Below, piece by piece: positions 18,927 through 28,400 of a stretch of DNA of 64,000 nt. The DNA is from Planctomycetota bacterium (lineage in GTDB: Bacteria > Planctomycetota > UBA1135 > JAKEFM01): the NCBI GenBank assembly GCA_022616055.1, contig JAKEFM010000315.1, positions 8,366 to 72,365 of the forward strand, given 5' to 3'. The notes under the pieces are model-generated. The model saw nothing but the letters and a program-made list of their open reading frames with translations. It was not told the DNA's origin and ran no database searches. A program made the position numbers and the translations under genes. Within the stretch, counting starts at the first letter, position 1. The number at the start of each line of letters is the position of its first letter.

Positions 18927-21900
18927 AGCGGCTGCGGGGGCTCGAGATGGGGGTCGTCGCGGCCCTCGGGCTCCTCGCCTGCGTCTTCGCCGTGCGCGTC
19001 GCCCGCCACTTCCCCGGCGCGCGTCTCGAGATGGGGCGCGCGCGGCTCTCGCGCCTGACGGAGGAGACGCGCCGGCGCCTCTCGACGCTCCAGGACCGGG
19101 TCCTCCTCACCTACTACGCGAGCGACCGCTCCCGGATGCCCTCCCACCTGCGGGGGGTCGAGCGGGAGGTGACCGACCTCTTCGACGCGCTGAAGCGGGC
19201 CTCGGGCGGGAAGCTCGACTACCAGGTCGTCGACCCGGACGCCGACCCGGTCCTCCGCGAGGACCTCTCCCGGTACGCCGCGAAGCGCGCCGTGGCGCCC
19301 TTCCGCGCGCGGAGCGTCGAGCGGGACGCCTGGAGCGAGACGACGGTCTGGTCGACGATCTCGATCGCCTACGGGCCGCGGCCGGAGTCGGCGATCCCGG
19401 GCGTCGGGCCCGAGCGGCTCGAGCGGCTCCAGGGCCTCCTCGTCGAGCACCTCGACCAGATGGAGCGGCCGAGGAAGGCGAGGATCGCGGTGGCGGCCCC
19501 GGCGGGCTACGAGCAGCTCGCGGCCTTCCTCGCCGGGAAGGGGGAGGTGGCGAGGGTCGACCTCGACGGGGGGGCGCCGTTCCCGGAGGAGGCCGACGCC
19601 CTCTTCTGGATGCACCCTCGCCGCGTCGACGACGAGCGGCTCGCCGAGATGGACCGGTTCGTCCGGCGCGGGCGCAACGTCCTCGTCGCGGGGAGCGAGC
19701 GGTCGTGGGAGGCGAGGCGGGGGCCCGACGGCGCTCCCTGGCTCGTCGTGAAGCCGACGCCCTACCCCGCCCAGACCCTCCTCGCGCACTACGGCCTGCG
19801 GGCGGCGAGCGGGCTCCTCTGCGACCTCCGCGGGGAGGCGCCGGCGGGAGCGCCGGGAGCCGAGACGCGGCCCGCCTTCACCCCCTTCCTCGTCCGGTGC
19901 ATCGCGACGGACCAGGACTTCCGCGCGTGGCGCAACCAGCCGAACGGGAACCTGCTCTTCGAGGTCCCCACCCCCTTCGCCCTCGATCCCGAGGCGCTCG
20001 AGGAGAGGGGCTGGCGGGCCGAGGTGCTCGCGACCTCCTCGGACAAGAGCTGGGTGCAGCCGGTCCCGCGGGAGCCGATCCCCTTCGCCGAGGTGAGGCC
20101 CGAGAACGGCGAGGCCGTGCCGAAGCAGCTGCTGATGGTGCGCCTGCGGACGCGCGACCCGTGGCAGGGCGCGGTCATCCTCTGCGCCGCCTCGACCCCC
20201 TTCCGCGACGGCTACCTCCAGGGGCACGAGGGGGTCGCGCACGAGAGGCTGGCGAGGGTCCTCGCCGACGCCTTCACGGCGAACGACCGGCTCGTGCTGG
20301 CCCGGGCGGGGTCGCTCGCCGTCGAGCCGCTGCCGGCGATGGGAGCGGGGGCGCGGGCGCTCTGGCGAGGCTGGACGGTCCTCTTCCTCCCGGCGGCGCT
20401 CCTCGCCCTCGCCCTCCTGCGCGGCGCCTTCTCGGTCCGGGTGGAGAGGGCCCCCCGGTTGGCGGCGGGCCGCGCGCTCCTCGCCGCGGGACTCCTCGGC
20501 GCCCTCGCGGCGGGGCTCCTCGCCCGGGCCGCGGGCGCCCTCGGCGCGAGAGCCGACCTCTCGGAGTTCGGCCGCAACGAGCTCTCCCGGGAGACCCGCG
20601 CGATCGCCGCGCGCGCCACGGAGCCGATCGAGGCCGAGATCGTCTTCTCGTCCCCCGAGAGGCTCCCTCCTTCGATGCGGCGGTGGGGGAAGCGCGTCGC
20701 CGAAGCCCTGGGAGAGCTCCGCCGCGCCGGCGCGCGGCTCTCGGTCCGGAGCGTCGACCCCGACGACCTCGGCGAGGCGGGGCGGAAGGCGCTCGCCGCC
20801 GAGGGGATCGAGCCGTTCAAGGCGACGACGAAGGACGAGGAGACGACGACCGTCCGCACCGTCTACGCCGCGCTCCGCCTCGCCTCGAGGGGGAGGAGCG
20901 AGACGCTCCGCTTCCCGGACGCCGTCTCGATCGAGAACCTCGAGTTCCGACTCGCCTTCGCGCTCTGGCGGCTCGAGACGGGGCGGCGCCCCCTCGTCGC
21001 TTTCGCCTCGGACGCGCCGCGCCTCTCGCCGGCCGAGGCGTGGGACCTGCAGCAGGCGGGCTTCACCCCTCCCTCCGGCACCGACGTCTACGGCGTCGCG
21101 CGGGGCCTCCTCGAGGGGTGCGACTTCCGGGTGGCGCACGTGAACCCGCGCGACCCCCGTCCACCCGAGAACCCCGACGCCTTCGTCTGGCTCCAGCCGC
21201 GCCGGGACGTCTCGGCGGCGTACGACTGGCTGGCGCGCTACCTCCATCGCGGCGGCCGCGCCTTCCTCGCCGCCCAGCACTTCAACGTCCAGGCGCGCCA
21301 GTTCCGGGGCACCGGCTTCAAGCTCGTCTACTGGCCGCAGCCGCAGTTCCCCGACGTCGACCTCCTCTACTTCCCCGACCTCGGGATCGAGGTCGTGCGG
21401 GAGGTCCTCTTCGACGAGCTCAAGACCCGGATCGCGGGGGAGGCCCAGGTGAACCGCTCCTACGCCCGGCCGGACCTCGAGGTCCAGACCTCGGCGCTCC
21501 CGTTCCTGATCCGGGCCTCCGCGGCGAACTTCTCGAAGGACTCGCCCCTCACGCGCGAGCTCGGCGACCAGGCCTTCCTCTGGGGGGCCTACGTCCGGAC
21601 GGACGAGGAGAAGCTGCGCGCCGTCGGCCTGCGCGCCCGTCCCCTCCTCACGACCTCGGAGCGCACCTGGTCCTTCGCCTGGAAGGGGGGCTACCTCCCC
21701 GAGGAGCTGCTGGCGGGCCCTCCGCGCGACGAAGGGGGGGAGCCGGCATGGCTCGGGAGAGTCCCTCTCGCCGTGGACGTCGAGGGGAACTTCCCCGAGC
21801 CCTTCGAGCCGCTGAAGATCCAGGGGAAGATCTTCCCCGGCGCGACCTCGGAGCCCGCCGCGACGAAGCCCGCCTTCGCCGCGACGCCGCCGGGTCCCCC

Positions 21901-22222
21901 GGGGCGCCTCCTCCTCGTCGGCTGCTCGGAGATGTTCAAGAACCACCGCGTCCTCGACCCCGAGTTCCGCGCCGACCACCTGCTCCTGAACGCGGTCGCC
22001 TCGCTCGCGCTGCCCGGGGAGCTCGCCGAGGTCGCGGCGCGCCGTCCCGCGCAGCGCGGGTTCGACTACGTCGAGCCGGGGGACCGGATCCGGTGGCGCG
22101 GGATCGTGCTCGCCGGTTTCCCCGCCGCGCTCGCGGCCTTCGGCCTGGTCCGCGCGGCGGCGCGCCGGCGACCCACGGGGGTCGCGAGCCCGGCGCAGGC
22201 GGCCGGAGGCGCGTCGCGGTGA
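18923..22222 (+). CDS. GldG-like ABC-transporter auxiliary protein, two GldG-type modules fused (1099 aa)
   Basis: Last 1099 aa of ORF 18191..22222(+). ATG 18923 overlaps the permease stop (ATGA). It has an N-terminal TM segment. Two halves each start with the pattern L(S/T)..T...L..L...V.(L/I)..Y.S and are separated by internal TM segments near aa 480-540. The C-terminal TM is IVLAGFPAALAAFGLV. Confidence 0.75.
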   Translation: MKRLRGLEMGVVAALGLLACVFAVRVARHFPGARLEMGRARLSRLTEETRRRLSTLQDRVLLTYYASDRSRMPSHLRGVEREVTDLFDALKRASGGKLDYQVVDPDADPVLREDLSRYAAKRAVAPFRARSVERDAWSETTVWSTISIAYGPRPESAIPGVGPERLERLQGLLVEHLDQMERPRKARIAVAAPAGYEQLAAFLAGKGEVARVDLDGGAPFPEEADALFWMHPRRVDDERLAEMDRFVRRGRNVLVAGSERSWEARRGPDGAPWLVVKPTPYPAQTLLAHYGLRAASGLLCDLRGEAPAGAPGAETRPAFTPFLVRCIATDQDFRAWRNQPNGNLLFEVPTPFALDPEALEERGWRAEVLATSSDKSWVQPVPREPIPFAEVRPENGEAVPKQLLMVRLRTRDPWQGAVILCAASTPFRDGYLQGHEGVAHERLARVLADAFTANDRLVLARAGSLAVEPLPAMGAGARALWRGWTVLFLPAALLALALLRGAFSVRVERAPRLAAGRALLAAGLLGALAAGLLARAAGALGARADLSEFGRNELSRETRAIAARATEPIEAEIVFSSPERLPPSMRRWGKRVAEALGELRRAGARLSVRSVDPDDLGEAGRKALAAEGIEPFKATTKDEETTTVRTVYAALRLASRGRSETLRFPDAVSIENLEFRLAFALWRLETGRRPLVAFASDAPRLSPAEAWDLQQAGFTPPSGTDVYGVARGLLEGCDFRVAHVNPRDPRPPENPDAFVWLQPRRDVSAAYDWLARYLHRGGRAFLAAQHFNVQARQFRGTGFKLVYWPQPQFPDVDLLYFPDLGIEVVREVLFDELKTRIAGEAQVNRSYARPDLEVQTSALPFLIRASAANFSKDSPLTRELGDQAFLWGAYVRTDEEKLRAVGLRARPLLTTSERTWSFAWKGGYLPEELLAGPPRDEGGEPAWLGRVPLAVDVEGNFPEPFEPLKIQGKIFPGATSEPAATKPAFAATPPGPPGRLLLVGCSEMFKNHRVLDPEFRADHLLLNAVASLALPGELAEVAARRPAQRGFDYVEPGDRIRWRGIVLAGFPAALAAFGLVRAAARRRPTGVASPAQAAGGASR

Positions 22223-23283
22223 GCCGGGCGATCCCCGTCCTCGCCGTCCTCGTCGCCGGCCTGCTCGCGGCCGACGTCTCGCTCACGCGGGCCGGAGGGG
22301 AGATCCGCCGCGCGTCCTCGAAGGTGCGCCGGATCGTCCCTCCAGGCGAGCGCGAGTCCGGGCGGATCGCCGTCCTCCGGCTCGAAGCGGGCGGGCGGCC
22401 GCCGATGGCCTACGCGCGCGAGGGAGGAGTCTGGCGGTGCCCCACCTACCGGGGAGCCCTCGCGAGCGAGGCGCTCGTCGGGAGCGTGATCAAGAAGCTC
22501 TTCGAAGGGGGCGGGGTGGTCCAGAGCGTCGATCCGTCGAGGGCCCCCTCCTACGGACTCGACGGCCCTGCGATGGTCCGCCTCTCGGTCCACGGACCTC
22601 GGGGGCTCGAGGCGCCCGCCTCCGACCTCCTCCTCTCCCTCGACGTCGGGGCGGCCGCGCCCGCGATCGGCGGCGGGTACGTCCGCCGGACGGGCGAGAG
22701 GGAGATCTGGTCCGTCGACGTGAACCTGCGGGAGGAGCTCGCCCCGGACGGGCCGGCGACGCTCCCGCCTCTCGTCGAGCGGACCCTCTTCCCGACCGCG
22801 TGGCCGGGAGCGATGAAGGGGATGAAGTCGTTCCGGGTCGAGCCGGCCGGCGCCGAGGCCTTCGACCTCGAGGGGCGGCCCCGGGAGGTGAGCCCGGAGG
22901 AGATGCGCGCGGGGAAGTCCCCCTGGGAGTGGTTCGTGAAGCGCCCCTCCGGGGAGCAGCCGGCGAACGAGGCGCTCGCGTCGTCCTACGCCGCCTTCCT
23001 CCAGCGCGCTCCCCGCGAATCGGTGGCGGAGGCGGCGCTCGAGCCGCAGGCGGGGCTCGGCTCGCCGCTGGGCCGGGTGACCCTGACGCCGAACGAGGGG
23101 GATCCGCTCGTCCTCACGGTCGGCTCGGGCCGGATCGGGATGCTCGTGCCCGTGAGCAACTCCTTCGGCCGGACGCTCGACCTCGCCTCGCCGCCCGTCG
23201 CACAGCTCCTCCTCCCCCGCGCGGAGCAGATCCTCCAGCCCGCGGGGGCGAACCCGTGGGAGCCGTTCCTGAAGGAGCGGTGA
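22219..23283 (+). CDS. DUF4340-like protein (usual partner of GldG-type proteins)
   Basis: Last 354 aa of ORF 19705..23283(+). GTG 22219 overlaps the GldG-like stop (GTGA). It has an N-terminal TM anchor (AIPVLAVLVAGLLAADV). The assignment rests mainly on position and architecture. Confidence 0.6.
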   Translation: MSRAIPVLAVLVAGLLAADVSLTRAGGEIRRASSKVRRIVPPGERESGRIAVLRLEAGGRPPMAYAREGGVWRCPTYRGALASEALVGSVIKKLFEGGGVVQSVDPSRAPSYGLDGPAMVRLSVHGPRGLEAPASDLLLSLDVGAAAPAIGGGYVRRTGEREIWSVDVNLREELAPDGPATLPPLVERTLFPTAWPGAMKGMKSFRVEPAGAEAFDLEGRPREVSPEEMRAGKSPWEWFVKRPSGEQPANEALASSYAAFLQRAPRESVAEAALEPQAGLGSPLGRVTLTPNEGDPLVLTVGSGRIGMLVPVSNSFGRTLDLASPPVAQLLLPRAEQILQPAGANPWEPFLKER

Positions 23284-23298
23284 GCGCGGCTCGTCCCG

Positions 23299-24450
23299 TC
23301 AGGGACGGAACATGAGGCCCGCCTTCTGGACGCGCGGGTCGATCTGTCCGTCCCCGGTGACGACCAGCCGCAGGAGGCAGTCGGGGACCATCGCGCCCGC
23401 GGGGACGGGGCTGACCGGGCTGATCTTGAGGACGTTCACCGTGTAGCCGGTCCCCATGTCGAGGAGAGTGGCCCAGCTCGTCCCCCCGTTCGTCGAGTAC
23501 TCGAAGCGCGCGACGCCGGCGGGCGGGGGGACGGTCGAGAAGACGACCTGCCCCACGAGGTTCGTCGCGGTCGTGAGATCGATCTGGTAGCGGCTCCCGC
23601 CGTTCGTCGTCTCCTCCGCTCCGCCCGGCCCTGCGTTGGCGTACTGGAGCTGGCTCACGACGAGGTTGACGAACGCGCGGAACGTCCCGACCGGCCCCTG
23701 AGGCCCGGCGGGCCCCTGCGGGCCGACGGCGCCCGTGTCGCCTTGCGGGCCCTCCGGACCCGGCGGGCCCTGGGGGCCCGTGGCGCCCGTGGCCCCGGTG
23801 AGTCCCGTCGGACCCTGGGGACCCGTGGCGCCGGTGGGCCCCGTCAATCCGGTCGGACCCGGAGGACCCTGCGGCCCTGCCGCCCCCGTGGCGCCCGTCG
23901 GCCCCGTCAGGCCTGGAGGACCCTGCGGGCCGGCGGCGCCGGTGGGTCCGGTGAGACCCGTCGGACCCTGCGGGCCGGCGGGGCCCGCGGGACCCGTGGC
24001 GCCCGTCGCCCCGGTCAATCCGGTCGGACCCGGGGGACCCTGCGGACCGGCCGGGCCCGGCGGTCCCTCCGGACCCTGCGTGCCGGGCGCCGAGGCGGCC
24101 GACAGCGCGAACGGCACCGCATTCAGTTCGACCGCGGGGAGCTTCACCCTCTCCAGGGTCGTGAGCGAGATCCGCAGCGCGCTCGCCAATCCCAGGGCCT
24201 CCTGGTTCGCCTGGACCTGGAGGTCCACCACGCCGCCGCGCACCCTCGGAAGGGGGAGCGGGAACGACCCCGAGCCGAGGACCGTCCATTCCCCGGACTC
24301 GAACTTCTCCATCTCCCAGCTTTCCACGCGGCCCTTGAAGGGCGACCCGTCGACGCGGAGGACCCGCGTCAGGTGCAGGTCGAGCGTGTCCGGCACGGGG
24401 GTCCCACCCTGGAGGAGGACGAGGGCGAGGGGCAGGAGATGCGAGCGCAT
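23299..24450 (-). CDS. secreted collagen-like triple-helix-repeat protein
   Basis: Full ORF of 383 aa with a signal peptide ([15 protein letters not shown]). It has an N-domain of about 122 aa, 44 uninterrupted Gly-X-Y triplets ([28 protein letters not shown]...GPQGPVG), and a C-terminal globular domain of about 128 aa. Confidence 0.85.
   Translation of the reverse strand: MRSHLLPLALVLLQGGTPVPDTLDLHLTRVLRVDGSPFKGRVESWEMEKFESGEWTVLGSGSFPLPLPRVRGGVVDLQVQANQEALGLASALRISLTTLERVKLPAVELNAVPFALSAASAPGTQGPEGPPGPAGPQGPPGPTGLTGATGATGPAGPAGPQGPTGLTGPTGAAGPQGPPGLTGPTGATGAAGPQGPPGPTGLTGPTGATGPQGPTGLTGATGATGPQGPPGPEGPQGDTGAVGPQGPAGPQGPVGTFRAFVNLVVSQLQYANAGPGGAEETTNGGSRYQIDLTTATNLVGQVVFSTVPPPAGVARFEYSTNGGTSWATLLDMGTGYTVNVLKISPVSPVPAGAMVPDCLLRLVVTGDGQIDPRVQKAGLMFRP
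23686..24084 (-). repeat. coding Gly-X-Y (collagen) repeat tract, 44 triplets
   Basis: Counted directly from the translation (aa 123-255 of the 23299..24450 CDS). It shows an internal higher-order periodicity of [19 protein letters not shown]-like units. The mirror ORFs on the + strand (23735.., 23743..) are artefacts of this tract. Confidence 0.85.
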
Positions 24451-24556
24451 GGCGTCCGGGAGGTCCGCCGCGCGGCGGCGGGCCGAAGGAAGTCGGTTTT
24501 CGACGCCGGAGGGAGGGAACTTGACCCGCCGTCCCGGGGCCCGGGGGAGGGGGGGG

Positions 24557-25777
24557 CTAGGCGGTCCTCGCCTCGCGCGGACGGCCCGGCATCGGGACGG
24601 AGCGGACCGGAGGGTCGCGCACGGGGTCGGGGTTCGCCCAGTCGAAGCCCGGAGGGGTGAGGTCGAGGTCGGAGTCGAGGATCTGCTCCCAGGTGATCGT
24701 CTTCCCCGTGTACGCGGCCTCGCGGCCGAGGATCGCCAGCAGCGTGCTCTCCGCGATCTGGCGCGCCTCGTTCAGGGGCTTGCCCGCCCGGATGCTCTCG
24801 ATCAGGTCGGAGTGCTCCCGGACGTAGGCGTTCTCCGACTCCCCCTCGTATTTCCACGGCTTCGAGCCGGCGATCGTCCCCTCGTAGGGGGAGGCGACCC
24901 CCTCCGTCCCGACGAACCAGGCTCCCACCTCGCCGTGGCCGCCGGCGATCTGGCGGTTCATCGACAGGCCGTGGACGCCCCCCTCGAAGGCGTAGTCGAT
25001 CGCGAAGTGGTCGTAGACGTTGCCGTGCTCGGGGCCCGTCCGCGCCGCCTGTCCTCCGGTGCCGATCGCGCGGAGCGCCTTCCGCCCGAGGGCCCAGGAG
25101 ACGACGTCGAGGGTGTGGACATGCTGCTCGACGACGATGTCCCCCGAGAGCCAGTCGAAGTAGGGCCAGTTGCGGACCTGGAACTCGAGATCCCGGTCGC
25201 CGCTCTTCCGGTCGTAGCGCCACAGCGCCCCGGCGTTGTAGTGGGCGCGGAAGCTGAGGATCTCCCCGATCGCCCCCTCGTGGATCCGCCGGACCGTCTC
25301 GATGAACTTGCGCGTGTGGCGGTAGATCGTCCCCGTCACGACGCCGAGGCCCCGGCGCTCCGCCTCCTCGCCCGAGGCGAGGATCTTCCGGACCCCGACG
25401 GGGTCGACGGCGACCGGCTTCTCGAAGAAGACGTGCTTCCCCGACTCGACGGCCGCGGCGAAGTGGAGCGGCCGGAAGCCCGGCGGCGTGCACAGGAGCA
25501 CGAGGTCGATGCCGCAGTCGAGGAGCCGCCGCCATCCGTCGTAGCCGGGATAGCAGTGCTCGTCCGTCACGGCGTACCCCTCGTGGCGGAGGGAGACGAG
25601 ATGCTCGCGGCACTTGGCGATCCGGTCGGGGAAGACGTCGGCGAGGGCGACGAGCCGGACGCCCGGCGCCGCGTTGAGCACGTCCTCCGCCGCGCCCGTC
25701 CCGCGCCCGCCGCAACCGACGAGGCCGACCCGGATCGGCTCGGGCTTCCTCGCCTCCTGGAGGACCGCGAAGGTCAC
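24557..25777 (-). CDS. Gfo/Idh/MocA-family oxidoreductase, no signal peptide
   Basis: Last 406 aa of ORF 24557..26794(-). GTG 25777 overlaps the stop of the upstream paralog (GTGA). It has the Rossmann motif [14 protein letters not shown] and the EKP motif (VFFEKPVA). No Tat or Sec signal is available in frame. Confidence 0.85.
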   Translation of the reverse strand: MTFAVLQEARKPEPIRVGLVGCGGRGTGAAEDVLNAAPGVRLVALADVFPDRIAKCREHLVSLRHEGYAVTDEHCYPGYDGWRRLLDCGIDLVLLCTPPGFRPLHFAAAVESGKHVFFEKPVAVDPVGVRKILASGEEAERRGLGVVTGTIYRHTRKFIETVRRIHEGAIGEILSFRAHYNAGALWRYDRKSGDRDLEFQVRNWPYFDWLSGDIVVEQHVHTLDVVSWALGRKALRAIGTGGQAARTGPEHGNVYDHFAIDYAFEGGVHGLSMNRQIAGGHGEVGAWFVGTEGVASPYEGTIAGSKPWKYEGESENAYVREHSDLIESIRAGKPLNEARQIAESTLLAILGREAAYTGKTITWEQILDSDLDLTPPGFDWANPDPVRDPPVRSVPMPGRPREARTA

Positions 25778-27030
25778 GACGCCTTCCCCGGTCTCGCGAC
25801 GGGAGGGACGGCGAGGGGTCCGAACGCCAATCCCGGAGGCGTGAGGTCGAGAGGCGAGTTCAGGACCTCCTCCCAGCCGATCTTCTTCCCGGTGTAAGCC
25901 GCCTCGCGGCCGAGGATCGCCGTCAGCGTCGACTCGGCCACCGCGCGCGTCTCGTTCAGCGGCGCCCCGGCGCGGATGCTCGCGAGCCAGTCGGTGTGCT
26001 CCTGCACGTAGGGGCTCCCCGGCTCCCCCTGGAACTTCCAGGGGTCTTTCCCCTCGATCCAGGCCGACGGGTCGGCCCGCCCCTCCGTCCCGACGACCGC
26101 CTCGGCGACCCAGCCGTCCGTCCCCGGCTGCTGGCGGCACATGCTCGTGACGTGGACCCCCCCGGGGTACTCGTAGTCGACGCAGAAGTGATCGTAGATG
26201 TGGCCGAACCGCGGCTCGGTCCGGACCTGGCGCCCCCCGACGGCGACCGCGCTCACCGGGTGGGCCCGGAGCACCCAGTTCATCACGTCGAGGTTGTGGA
26301 CGTGCTGCTCGACGATGTGGTCCCCGGAGAGCCAGGTGAAGTAGAGCCAGTTGCGCATCTGCCACTCGACGTCGGTCCATCCGGGCCGCTTCTCGTGGCT
26401 CCAGAGCCCTCCCTGGTTCCAGAAGCAGCGCCCCGCGACGATCCGGCCGATCGCCCCCTCGTGGATCCGGCGGATCGTCTCGACGTACTTCTTCTCGTGG
26501 CGCCGCTGCGTGCCGGCGACGACGGCGAGCCCCTTCTCCCCGGCCTTCTCCCCCGCGGCGAGGACGCGCCGGAGTCCGGGCGGGTCGACGGCGACCGGCT
26601 TCTCCATGAACACGTGGCGGGCCGAGGCGATCGCCGCCTCGAAGTGGGCCGGCCGGAAGCCCGGCGGCGACGCGAGGAGGACGAGGTCGAGGTCGCACTC
26701 GAGGAGCCGGCGGTAGGAATCGAGCCCGACGAAGCAGCGCTCGTCGGCGACCTTGAAGCCCGGGTGGTTGAGCGACAGCAGGTGCTCGCGGCACCCGGCG
26801 AGCCGGTCCTTGAAGGCGTCGGCGAGCGCGACGACCTCGACGTTCGGGGCGGCGTTGAGGCAGTCCTCCGCGGCCCCCGTCCCCCGGCCGCCGCAGCCGA
26901 TCAGGCCGAACCGCAGCCGGCGGTCCTGCGGAGGGCGGACGAACGAGAAGGCGAGCCGCGGCGCGAGGGCGCCGGCCGCGGCCGCCGAGCCGGCGCGGAG
27001 CAGGGAACGGCGGCTGACTCGGGGCGTCAC
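25774..27030 (-). CDS. Gfo/Idh/MocA-family oxidoreductase with Tat signal
   Basis: Last 418 aa of ORF 25774..27420(-). GTG 27030 overlaps the DUF1080 gene stop (GTGA) and gives the Tat-type signal [32 protein letters not shown] 27063 is the alternative start. It has [14 protein letters not shown] and VFMEKPVA. Confidence 0.85.
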   Translation of the reverse strand: MTPRVSRRSLLRAGSAAAAGALAPRLAFSFVRPPQDRRLRFGLIGCGGRGTGAAEDCLNAAPNVEVVALADAFKDRLAGCREHLLSLNHPGFKVADERCFVGLDSYRRLLECDLDLVLLASPPGFRPAHFEAAIASARHVFMEKPVAVDPPGLRRVLAAGEKAGEKGLAVVAGTQRRHEKKYVETIRRIHEGAIGRIVAGRCFWNQGGLWSHEKRPGWTDVEWQMRNWLYFTWLSGDHIVEQHVHNLDVMNWVLRAHPVSAVAVGGRQVRTEPRFGHIYDHFCVDYEYPGGVHVTSMCRQQPGTDGWVAEAVVGTEGRADPSAWIEGKDPWKFQGEPGSPYVQEHTDWLASIRAGAPLNETRAVAESTLTAILGREAAYTGKKIGWEEVLNSPLDLTPPGLAFGPLAVPPVARPGKAS

Positions 27031-27692
27031 GGCTTCTCCTCGCGGATGCGGAGGTTCCGCCATCGGATCTCGTACCCCTCGTTCTGGAGGGCGATGCGCC
27101 CCGGCTCGGTCTTGAGCCCCGTCGCCGTGGCCACCACCGTCCCGTTCAGCCGGACCGTGACCTTGTCTCCCTTCACCTCGATCTCCGTCTCGTTCCACTC
27201 CGCCAGCGGCTTCCGCGCCTTCTTGCGCGCCTCGGCGTCGTTCTTCGCCGCCGCCTTGATCCCCATCGGCTTGATCGCCCCGACCTCCCGGAACGAGCCC
27301 TCGACCGCGAGGCTCTTCGGCCGGACCCTGTCGAACTCGTTCACGAAGAGGAGGACGCCGCTGTCCCCCGGCCACTTCGACTCGTCCTTCACCAGGCCGA
27401 GGGGCTTGTCGTACTTCCACTCGAACCGGAAGGTGAAATCGCGGAACGCCCTCTCCGTGTAGAGGATTCCCTCCGGTCCCCCCCGGCAGACGAGGTTTCC
27501 CTCCTCGACCCCGAAGGGGATCTTCACGGTGATCCTCCCTCCGAGCGGAACCCCTTCTCGCTTCTCCGTCGCGTACATCTGCCAGCTCTGGAGGCCCTTC
27601 CCGTCGAACAGGAGGACAAACCCCTCCTCGACCGCCGGTTGGCTCTCCTGGGCCGGGAGGAGGGAGAGGGCGGCGAGCGCGGCGGCCACCAT
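27027..27692 (-). CDS. DUF1080 (3-keto-disaccharide-hydrolase-like, LamG-fold) secreted protein
   Basis: Full ORF of 221 aa with a short signal peptide. It has the typical DUF1080 start (EEGFVLLFDGKGLQSWQ) and end (GRIALQNEGYEIRWRNLRIRE). Confidence 0.85.
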   Translation of the reverse strand: MVAAALAALSLLPAQESQPAVEEGFVLLFDGKGLQSWQMYATEKREGVPLGGRITVKIPFGVEEGNLVCRGGPEGILYTERAFRDFTFRFEWKYDKPLGLVKDESKWPGDSGVLLFVNEFDRVRPKSLAVEGSFREVGAIKPMGIKAAAKNDAEARKKARKPLAEWNETEIEVKGDKVTVRLNGTVVATATGLKTEPGRIALQNEGYEIRWRNLRIREEKP

Positions 27693-27708
27693 TCGCGCCG
27701 GAGAGGCC

Positions 27709-28332
27709 CTACCCCTCCCGGATCCGGACGTTGCGCCAGTGGATCTCGGCCCCCTCGGACTGGAAGCCGATCGCCCCCGCCTTGAAGGGGTGCTCCGTGA
27801 CGGTCGAGACGAGCGTCCCGTTCAGGCGCGCCTCGATCCGCCCTCCCTTCGCGACGATCTCCATCGAGTTCCACTCGCCGACCGGCCTCCTCGCCTTCTT
27901 GCGGGCCTCGGCGTCGGTCGTGGACTTCGTCTCCTCCTTGCATGCGATCGGGATGATCCCGGCGACGTCCCGGTTCATCCCCTGGATCTCGATGCTCCGC
28001 GGCCAGATCTTGTGCTCGGTGACGAAGAGGAGGTAGCCGCTGTTCCCGGGGAACTTCTCCTCGTCCGTCAGCCCCTCCGGGCGCTTGTAGCGCCACTCGA
28101 AGCGCAGGGTGAAGTCCCGGTAGGGCCCCTCCGCGTACCAGTAGCCGTTGGGCGACCCCGTGCAGACGAGGGCTCCCTCCTTCACGGAGAAGGTCTTCGT
28201 GGGATCGACGTCCTTCGCCTCGAACCGGAACTTCAGTCCGGCGAGGTCCTTCCCGTTGAAGACCGGGACGAACCCCTTCTCGTCCTCCTGGGGGAGGAGG
28301 AGGAGGAGGGGGAGCAGGGCGCGGACGTCCAT
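27709..28332 (-). CDS. DUF1080 (3-keto-disaccharide-hydrolase-like) secreted protein, paralog
   Basis: Full ORF of 207 aa with a signal peptide. It has EKGFVPVFNGKDLAGLKF and GAIGFQSEGAEIHWRNVRIRE. It shares the internal motif DAEARKKAR.P..EWN with the neighbouring paralog. Confidence 0.85.
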   Translation of the reverse strand: MDVRALLPLLLLLPQEDEKGFVPVFNGKDLAGLKFRFEAKDVDPTKTFSVKEGALVCTGSPNGYWYAEGPYRDFTLRFEWRYKRPEGLTDEEKFPGNSGYLLFVTEHKIWPRSIEIQGMNRDVAGIIPIACKEETKSTTDAEARKKARRPVGEWNSMEIVAKGGRIEARLNGTLVSTVTEHPFKAGAIGFQSEGAEIHWRNVRIREG

Positions 28333-28400
28333 CGGCGGATCCTCCGCCGGGGTTCGTACCCGGGGGGGAGCCGGACGTCAACCGGCCTAGAATCGCCTCC

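Noticed and set aside
23735-25897. 720-aa + strand ORF (and 23743..24660) with GP-rich repeats opposite the collagen-like gene
   Set aside because: It is the mirror image of the Gly-X-Y coding tract. It has no signal peptide or flanking domains, and downstream it runs antisense through the GFO gene.
27031-27063. ATG 27063 as the start of the Tat-GFO gene
   Set aside because: It is kept only as an alternative. GTG 27030 forms a GTGA overlap with the upstream stop, the same junction type used between the two GFO genes, and it still retains the full twin-arginine signal.
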